From a virus: a stretch of DNA of 64,000 nucleotides. A program made the position numbers and the translations under genes. The stretch lies in UHGV virus genome UHGV-1332848, one strand, 5' to 3'. This document shows, piece by piece, positions 57,135-64,000 of this stretch (position 1 is its first letter; each line of letters opens with the position of its first letter). A model generated the notes under the pieces. It saw only the letters and a program-made list of their open reading frames with translations. It was not told where the DNA came from and ran no database searches.

Positions 57135-58976
57135 CTATATAAGTCTATTTGATTGTTTCATTGGTGATTTGTATTGTAGTAGTTGTGAAATGTCAATTTT
57201 AGGTCTTTCCTTATTTACTATCCCGTCTCTTCTCATCTCTTTTAAATACCAAGCCAACATACAAAAAGTATACGCTCTATCATCATGGACTGTGGCTTTT
57301 TTGTCTTGTGGCAAATCATATCTGTATCCACTACCTGTGCTATCAAATCTATATGTCAATACTAATTCTTCTTTAGCTAAATCTATATTTTTTAAAGCTA
57401 ATTCCTCCTCAAAAGCAAGGTTTACCTTATCATAATCAATATTTCCATCATTACCTTCTATTGGTATATTAATAAAACCTTTCATATCGTATGAATCTGT
57501 AAACTCAATAAGACCTAAGTTTAACATTTCTATAAAAGCATCGTACATTTCAGTTCTATATTTTTTAGGAGAAATTAATCTTAGCTTATCTAAAGCATTT
57601 GGGAAGTTTGATAAATAATCAGAAGATTCAACATTATCTATAATCCCTTTATGTGCTACACCTTGTTTGTCAGTCCAATCCTCCATGAAATAATCTGCTA
57701 TATTTACCCCTGCACCACCTGCACCACTATCAATTAATAAACCTTCTATATTTTCATAATCTGCAAAGCCTTTTCCATTATATTTTAAAATCATATCTTT
57801 AACATATTCCACCTGTTCAGGTGTTCTCATAGGAGTTCTATTTTTCTTTCCTATATCAATTAAACTCACACAGTTTTGTATTTTTAATTTTAAGCCTACA
57901 TTTTCATCATTTATTAATTCTCCAACTGATACAATAGAATTGTCATAAGATCTTGCTGGATCATATGCAAGAATAAATCTTCTACTAGAATTGTTATCAT
58001 TACACAAAACTGGTTTTCTTACGCTTGAATTTTTAATTATTTCAGCTCTTTTAATAGGTTGATTACTTCCACCTTCAGTAGTAAATTTATTATAATATTC
58101 TCTAAGTGCTTTTTCTCTATTCTGTCTCATTGCATCATCAACCTTATCTTTAGTTAATAATGGTACGAATAACTTCTTACCCCTATTGGTTGCATTTATT
58201 ATAACTTCACAATCTAAATCTGCAACAAAATGATTTTTACTACCTGCAAACATCATTTTCGAATAATTCTTGTATATATTATAAAAATAAGAATCTACAC
58301 TAGAAGCAGAAGAACAGAATAATAATTGGTTAGGTATATTCCTAGCCAATGTTTCCATATCTAAATCTTTACCAAGTTTAAAGTCAGCATTTTGCAAACA
58401 GAAACCTGCTGTTGTAACTGCATAGTTTTCTGAAATCCAACCACTTTCATCGTATAAATTTAATGACGATCTTTTTCCTCTAATATTATCCTCAACACCT
58501 GATAGTGATGTTACTTTACTACCATTAAACAACTCGTACTTAAAACCTTGTGGAGAATGAGTGAATCCATCTGTATTAGATGCTGATTTAACTATTTCAT
58601 TATAGTAAATATCAGTTAAGCCAGTAAAAGATTCTATCTGCTTTTTTGCTATCTTCTCCATTTTCATAAATGTATCTTGAGATTGTGCAGATGTTGTAGA
58701 AAGTATATAAGATTCAAAATTAGGGAACAACATCATTTTAGTCATAATAAATGGTGCTGAAAGTGTTGATTTTCCACCATTTCTACTCATAAGCCAAAGA
58801 ACAAATTGTTTGTCCCAACTTGACTGAAAACAATATCTCTGATAATCCATGTATTCTACGCCTAGAAACATCTCGCTAAATGCAACAGGATTTTTTCTAC
58901 CCCATTGTACTATTTTTGACCATCTCAAGTAAGATTCTAGTTTCCTTTGTGAGAGATTTTCCTTATTTACACTCAT
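57135..58976 (-). CDS. terminase large subunit
   Basis: Walker A-like LWLMSRNGGKSTLSA; size 613 aa; acidic nuclease-like C-terminal half; followed by portal. Confidence 0.8.
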   Translation of the reverse strand: MSVNKENLSQRKLESYLRWSKIVQWGRKNPVAFSEMFLGVEYMDYQRYCFQSSWDKQFVLWLMSRNGGKSTLSAPFIMTKMMLFPNFESYILSTTSAQSQDTFMKMEKIAKKQIESFTGLTDIYYNEIVKSASNTDGFTHSPQGFKYELFNGSKVTSLSGVEDNIRGKRSSLNLYDESGWISENYAVTTAGFCLQNADFKLGKDLDMETLARNIPNQLLFCSSASSVDSYFYNIYKNYSKMMFAGSKNHFVADLDCEVIINATNRGKKLFVPLLTKDKVDDAMRQNREKALREYYNKFTTEGGSNQPIKRAEIIKNSSVRKPVLCNDNNSSRRFILAYDPARSYDNSIVSVGELINDENVGLKLKIQNCVSLIDIGKKNRTPMRTPEQVEYVKDMILKYNGKGFADYENIEGLLIDSGAGGAGVNIADYFMEDWTDKQGVAHKGIIDNVESSDYLSNFPNALDKLRLISPKKYRTEMYDAFIEMLNLGLIEFTDSYDMKGFINIPIEGNDGNIDYDKVNLAFEEELALKNIDLAKEELVLTYRFDSTGSGYRYDLPQDKKATVHDDRAYTFCMLAWYLKEMRRDGIVNKERPKIDISQLLQYKSPMKQSNRLI

Positions 58977-60076
58977 TAAATCACCTCACTAATTTCCTCA
59001 TCTTTATTGAATTTTATTTTTAACAACCTTAATTCTTCTTCCAATCTATCTTTTTCTCTACTTAACTTATACAATTCATCCTTTTGCCATGCCACCATAT
59101 CTGCGTAGTCATTTTCATCAAATTGCAGTTGTTCCATAATACTTTTATGTGACATATCAGCTACCTGTTTCATTCCTTCTGAAGTTTGTATATCAAAAAG
59201 GTTTACTTTAGATTCATCTAAATCTAATTCGCCTAATTTTTTAATCATTCCTGTTAATGTTCCTGAGCCTTTAGACTTATTTGTATTAAATTTAGTTGAT
59301 ATTCCATTATCTTCGCAAGTTTTTAATATAGTTGCCATTAGTTTTTGTTTAGTCTCTATTAACGACTTCATGCCACCATTGTTATCACTTAAAGCGTTTA
59401 TATTTGATGTTATTTTAGCTATAGCCATATCAACATATTCAACCTGATTAAAGCTTTTTACAATAGATATAACCGACATTAGTTTCACATTATCCTCTAC
59501 TACAGAATCATCTAACATATCCACAAGCCTATTAAATAAGAATTTTCTATCTCTTTTATTCTCATTCTCAAATGGATCATAACCTATTATTCTTATAACA
59601 TCTTTTTCATTTTGAAAATCTCTTTCATTTACATCAACTTCTACAATGTCATCTTTTATTGCTTCTTCTTTTAAGCCATTATCAATACTATCTCCATTTT
59701 CAAATGTATAAGATGAGTATTGTTTTAAACTATTTATATTTTTTATGTATACCTTAAAAACATTTGCATTACTTTTTTCAGCCTCATCTATTGCTGATTG
59801 GAAAGGAACTTCTAAGTATGGAAAGTCCAATAGTCTACATAATCTATAAGTTGCGATTTGTTCATTGCCACTTGACTGTTCAACAAACTCATCAAATAAT
59901 TGCCAAATACATTCCTTGCATACAGTTTGCTTCCCTATACTTTTATTTAAAATTGAATTGGATACATAAAATCCAATCTTTACATCTTTTTCTTTACCAC
60001 AACAGCTACAAGTCATTTTGGGCTTTTCAACCTTATCCATAGCTTTTGCAGTTTTTCTAGTAGCCATTATGTTCAC
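58976..60076 (-). CDS. terminase small subunit candidate with N-terminal zinc ribbon
   Basis: stop/start overlap with TerL; CSCCGKEK...CKEC. Confidence 0.35.
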   Translation of the reverse strand: MNIMATRKTAKAMDKVEKPKMTCSCCGKEKDVKIGFYVSNSILNKSIGKQTVCKECIWQLFDEFVEQSSGNEQIATYRLCRLLDFPYLEVPFQSAIDEAEKSNANVFKVYIKNINSLKQYSSYTFENGDSIDNGLKEEAIKDDIVEVDVNERDFQNEKDVIRIIGYDPFENENKRDRKFLFNRLVDMLDDSVVEDNVKLMSVISIVKSFNQVEYVDMAIAKITSNINALSDNNGGMKSLIETKQKLMATILKTCEDNGISTKFNTNKSKGSGTLTGMIKKLGELDLDESKVNLFDIQTSEGMKQVADMSHKSIMEQLQFDENDYADMVAWQKDELYKLSREKDRLEEELRLLKIKFNKDEEISEVI

Positions 60077-60184
60077 CCCTTTTTTTATTTTATTTAACTA
60101 CCTACCCATACAGATAAGCACTAGAAATACAATAAAGACTAGGCAGAAAACCACCTAGTCAATAAAATTACATTTTTATTAAGT

Positions 60185-60817
60185 TTAATTAATTTTTATA
60201 ATTGAATTACTAGCATCAATTACATTATAATCATCAATTCTAAGAGCATCATATACAACTATGCCAAATCCTCTAATATCCATATAAATAGGCACTTCCT
60301 TATTATAATTCAGTATTTCTTTTACTTTATTAGTCATAACGTCAGCATTGTTAACTTTAATTAATATTTTTTCTCCCTTGAAGTAAATACAAACACTATC
60401 TCTATCGACCTCTACATACGCTTTCTCACATTTAGTTATACGTTCCTCATTTTTTATTTCAAATTTTCTATGATTCTTAATTTCAGATCCTTTTTGTTCC
60501 CACACAGCAACATATTCTTTATCTTCAGATGAATATTTACTCCACTGTTGACTCCATTCTTCTCTTTGAACTAAACCTGCAATCTCCTTTAAAGCTAATA
60601 CTAAATTCTTATAAGTTCCTATATTATCATCATCTAAAGCTTTCTTCATCTTTGATAATAATAACTGTTGTTCATTTTTTAATGCTGATAATAAATCTAA
60701 TTGAAATTTGTGTGTATGTATTGGTAATTCGTCATTTGATTCATCAGGAACTTCCCAAGATAGATTTCCATTATATACTTTACTCATATTATATTCTCCT
60801 CCGATGTCAGCCATCAC
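60185..60817 (-). CDS. hypothetical protein
   Basis: ORF upstream of packaging genes. Confidence 0.4.
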   Translation of the reverse strand: MMADIGGEYNMSKVYNGNLSWEVPDESNDELPIHTHKFQLDLLSALKNEQQLLLSKMKKALDDDNIGTYKNLVLALKEIAGLVQREEWSQQWSKYSSEDKEYVAVWEQKGSEIKNHRKFEIKNEERITKCEKAYVEVDRDSVCIYFKGEKILIKVNNADVMTNKVKEILNYNKEVPIYMDIRGFGIVVYDALRIDDYNVIDASNSIIKIN

Positions 60818-60924
60818 CTTTAAATTTAAGGACTAAAAACCTTAACAACAATCACCGTTTGAGATGATTGCTATAAGGATTTTATTTAATTTTATACTTA
60901 TTTACGAGTACATCACTTAAGGAA

Positions 60925-62133
60925 CTACAATTTAATTTTATATGTACATTCCCTACCTTCTTCATTGTAAATCATCAAAGTTTGTGAAGGTTTATTACTC
61001 TTTCTAATATGTTTTGCGTATTTATCTACTCCACTTGCTGTTCCGTTTACAACAACAGACATATCATGTTCCTCTTTCTCGTAATGGCTGTGATAATGTC
61101 CCATATGCACTTCCGTTGGGAAAATCTTTAACATATTAGACAAATCATTAATAACTGTTCCGACTTTATCTTCATGTCCATGCACGGCAAATATAGTCTC
61201 ATTTAAAAACTTATAAACGATTATGTTATCATCATACAGATTCTCGCAAAATTCTATATTACCAACACCATCTAATCTTGATTTTAAATACCACGGTATC
61301 ATTCTTTCAAAATTTTCAGTATCAATTGAATCTTTTGCATTAGCCACACATCTTCCATGATTTCCAGTTGCAGAATATATCTTAATTTTATGTATATTTT
61401 CGGCTAGATTTTTAATCATATTGGCTAATATTTCAGCACATATCATGGTCTGTGATATTACATCTTCCTCATTTGATACTCTAGTTCCTAAATGAATTAT
61501 TCCATTAATCATATCTCCCAAAACCTCTAAATGTAACGTAGAGACTTCGTTTTGTTTGCAATATTTAATAATCTTATTCTGTAATTTCTCTATTCTTTCT
61601 CTTAATATTTCTACACTTATCTCATTCCAGTAGTTCTTCTCTTTTATTCCAGTATGCCAATCGCTTACAATTGATACCGCTTCATTATTGCTGTGTTTTT
61701 CAGGTACTCTAAACACTCTCAATGGTCTTATTTCATTTAATTTTTCAATTTCTTCTTTCATCGTTGAAACTAAATGCTCAAATCTTGCATCAGCTCTTAA
61801 GTAGTTTCTATATTCTCTTTTCTGATCTTGGAATCTTATTTTTTCTTTTTCTAATTCAATTTTTTTAGCCTCAATTTCTTTTAATATAGAATCTTCTTCT
61901 ATGTTTTCAATCTTTTCATTATCCAAAATCTCTAATATATTTCTTGCCCCGTAAAACATTCTTCTAGCAACATCACTAGAATATTCTTTACCGAATGCTA
62001 ATAGAGACAACTCGGTATAATCTTCGTCTATTGTTTTATCAACCAACTTTCCATATACTATTCTTCTTATATATTCAAGTCTACTTTCATCATCTCGCTT
62101 CTTTAAAATATCCTCTCTCATAACCCACCTCAT
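60925..62133 (-). CDS. calcineurin-like metallophosphoesterase (Mre11/SbcD-type) with N-terminal helix-turn-helix-like domain
   Basis: Phosphoesterase motifs VSDWHTG (I), GDMINGIIH (II), GNHG (III), HGHEDK, GHYH. Confidence 0.7.
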   Translation of the reverse strand: MRWVMREDILKKRDDESRLEYIRRIVYGKLVDKTIDEDYTELSLLAFGKEYSSDVARRMFYGARNILEILDNEKIENIEEDSILKEIEAKKIELEKEKIRFQDQKREYRNYLRADARFEHLVSTMKEEIEKLNEIRPLRVFRVPEKHSNNEAVSIVSDWHTGIKEKNYWNEISVEILRERIEKLQNKIIKYCKQNEVSTLHLEVLGDMINGIIHLGTRVSNEEDVISQTMICAEILANMIKNLAENIHKIKIYSATGNHGRCVANAKDSIDTENFERMIPWYLKSRLDGVGNIEFCENLYDDNIIVYKFLNETIFAVHGHEDKVGTVINDLSNMLKIFPTEVHMGHYHSHYEKEEHDMSVVVNGTASGVDKYAKHIRKSNKPSQTLMIYNEEGRECTYKIKL

Positions 62134-62306
62134 TATTTAATCTCTATTAATTGTTCAGCTTCGCACTTTATATTTGGACACATAATTACAAGACCACATT
62201 TTGTCTCCTCAACATAACCTTCTTCCTTTAGTTCTTGTAAGTTATATCTTTTTCCACAATATTTACATGTAAAATCTAAAGCTTTTTTAACTCTCTTTTC
62301 TCCCAT
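62134..62306 (-). CDS. small zinc-ribbon protein (57 aa), not in ORF table
   Basis: CKYCGK...CPNIKC; stop abuts the start of the downstream gene. Confidence 0.4.
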
Positions 62307-62376
62307 ATGTCATTCTCTCCATTTATTTAATTAATTTTTTATAATAAAAAGAGTGGCAAAACACCACTCATATGTA

Positions 62377-63222
62377 TTAACTAGCTAAATTTACACCATC
62401 TTTATAATGCTTAATCACATCAGAAATATCAATATTCTCTTCATTGCACATAGAAATAATAGTAGCTATTGCATTTGGAATTTCACTATCATCCAACATA
62501 TCAAGTGTTTTTGGTTTAGTTCGCTTTCCAGTTTTATTTAAATAATTCGTAATTCTACTGTTTATATTTATTGAATGGCTATATAATAAATTCTTTTTAT
62601 ATTCAGTCCAAGCACTACCAAAATCACCTTTAGCATATCTTCTAACTAATGCATTTATTAGGTTTCTATTAGCCCAACTAAACACTTCTCCACTCAATAA
62701 TCTTTTTTCAATCGATATAGTTTCATTTTCTAAAAGCAACTTTTCTTTTTCTTCTTCGGCTTCAACAAGCATCAATAGAGCCTCTTTAAAATTGGTCGGA
62801 AGTTTATATTGCTGTTGTTGGATTATTTCTCTCATCCTGAAATATTCTTCTATTATAGAATCCATAACTTCCCACTTCTTATCGTTTGAATTATCCATCA
62901 TTGCAACCAGCTTAGTATATCCTCTTTCAGATAGTAAAAATATATTTTTTGTTCTATTGTTAGTAATTAATCCATTTTCTTTAGCAAAATCTCTTAAACC
63001 TTCTGAAGGTTTTAGAAAATCCTTCAAATCATTATTATTAAATCTGTTGATATTATTGTTTATTAATGTATTTATTTTATCTAGCCTTAAATCATGTTGT
63101 AGTGCAATATCACTAGCTAAAATACATTTTTGATTTTCACCAAAACCACCTTCGACAACTTTTACACTTTTGCCATTAATTTCTTTTGTACCATTAATTT
63201 TGATTAACTCCATATATCTCAT
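62377..63222 (-). CDS. phage antirepressor-like / Bro-KilA-type regulatory protein
   Basis: architecture and position at the head of the late arm; assignment tentative. Confidence 0.4.
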   Translation of the reverse strand: MRYMELIKINGTKEINGKSVKVVEGGFGENQKCILASDIALQHDLRLDKINTLINNNINRFNNNDLKDFLKPSEGLRDFAKENGLITNNRTKNIFLLSERGYTKLVAMMDNSNDKKWEVMDSIIEEYFRMREIIQQQQYKLPTNFKEALLMLVEAEEEKEKLLLENETISIEKRLLSGEVFSWANRNLINALVRRYAKGDFGSAWTEYKKNLLYSHSININSRITNYLNKTGKRTKPKTLDMLDDSEIPNAIATIISMCNEENIDISDVIKHYKDGVNLAS

Positions 63223-63694
63223 TACCCTTTTGACCGTTCATATATTAACTCTTACAACTTAATAAGAAAAGGGCATGCCGTGGTCAATGTAAATTGCCTC
63301 ATCACAACTTACCCGTACAACCAAGTAACATCACTCGGATATTTTAATTAATTATTATTGTTGTCTGTAGCCATTTAATGCACTATAGAGTTGATTTTGA
63401 TAAAGGAGCTATTCTAACTCCTATCTACAGAATGTAGCTATCTATATTCAATTGTTCATACAAAGATACAATCAAATATATCCTTGGATTAACAATTGAT
63501 AAAATAGGTGATTTAATTAATTATTATACTATATGTGCTACTTACGATTGTTCTACAATCCTAAATCGCAGTACGTCTACCACTTGCACATATAGTAACC
63601 ACTATCCCACTCGTGAATAATATCTTTGTCTTTTTAAATGGAGCTATACTCCGTTGTTTTACGCTGTCCCCTTGGACGAAATATATCAATAGTC

Positions 63695-63800
63695 AAACCT
63701 CATACAAGTGTCTGCTAGCTATTTATTAAAACGATTTTGGTAGGCTTCGCAACCTCTATTAAAACAATTTTGATAGGCTTTGCAACCTCTATTAAACTGA
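63695..63800. repeat. about 33-nt imperfect tandem (iteron-like) repeats x3
   Basis: CTATTTATTAAAACGATTTTGGTAGGCTTCGCAAC / CTCTATTAAAACAATTTTGATAGGCTTTGCAAC / CTCTATTAAACTGATTTTATATTCACAAGTCGC. Confidence 0.6.
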
Positions 63801-64000
63801 TTTTATATTCACAAGTCGCTTCAAATCAATCCAGAAGCAATCCGAAATAAAACCCTTCACACTATCAGTAGAGCCCAATAATATTAACGTTAGCACAGCT
63901 AGAATACCTCCAACTTCCATTTATTATTATCTACCCTCACTCGACAACTACGGCGTACCGCCTATTTCCTCTATGTTGTATCAACTACGCCCTCATAAGC

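Noticed and set aside
1-64000. CRISPR arrays, tRNA or rRNA genes
   Set aside because: No short regularly spaced repeats with unique spacers were seen. The only tandem repeats are the 21-nt coding repeats at 27440-27520 and the ~33-nt iterons at 63695-63800. No cloverleaf-like GC-rich 75-nt segments stand out in the intergenic regions, though a tRNA scan was not possible.

Overview
The window is a low-GC (about 28-30% by eye) tailed-phage or prophage region with two convergent arms. Arm 1 (1-23.3 kb, + strand) is a tightly packed early/auxiliary operon set. It holds many small and zinc-ribbon proteins, a Dam-type N6-adenine methyltransferase, a secreted 3D-domain protein and a YopX protein. 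It also holds an anaerobic ribonucleotide reductase gene (nrdD) split by an ~886-nt group I intron carrying an HNH/NUMOD4 homing endonuclease. Further + strand genes are NrdG, dUTPase, a CX5R protein phosphatase, a DUF2493/SLOG protein and a stand-alone HslV-like Ntn-hydrolase. The arm ends in a deoxynucleoside-salvage operon: nucleoside 2-deoxyribosyltransferase-like protein, zinc ribbon, SemiSWEET/PQ-loop membrane protein, 5'-deoxynucleotidase and thymidine kinase. A convergent terminator zone lies at 23.3-24.0 kb. Arm 2 (24.0-63.2 kb, - strand) is the late module. From upstream to downstream it reads: antirepressor-like protein, HTH-metallophosphoesterase, TerS-like protein, TerL, portal, head proteins, major capsid, head-tail proteins, major tail protein, a lipoprotein moron, chaperones, tape measure (1721 aa), Dit, Tal (1064 aa), a tail glycerophosphodiesterase and an Amidase_2 endolysin. 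It then continues with a baseplate-like protein, an SGNH/GDSL-esterase tail protein, a RusA-like resolvase, a tyrosine recombinase, holin-like membrane proteins, a beta-helix tail fibre and a CysE/LacA-type acetyltransferase. The most unusual feature is a ~5.5 kb segment bounded by near-identical 56-nt direct repeats. These repeats are the 5' ends, and the identical first 18 codons, of two different tail-fibre/enzyme genes, and they enclose the recombinase. The last ~780 nt (63.2-64.0 kb) is GC-richer, has no ORF of 60 aa or more, and contains ~33-nt iteron-like repeats. The host is probably an anaerobic, teichoic-acid-bearing Firmicute, based on NrdDG, the GDPD tail enzyme and composition. 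All calls rest on sequence and motif recognition by eye. No database searches were run.
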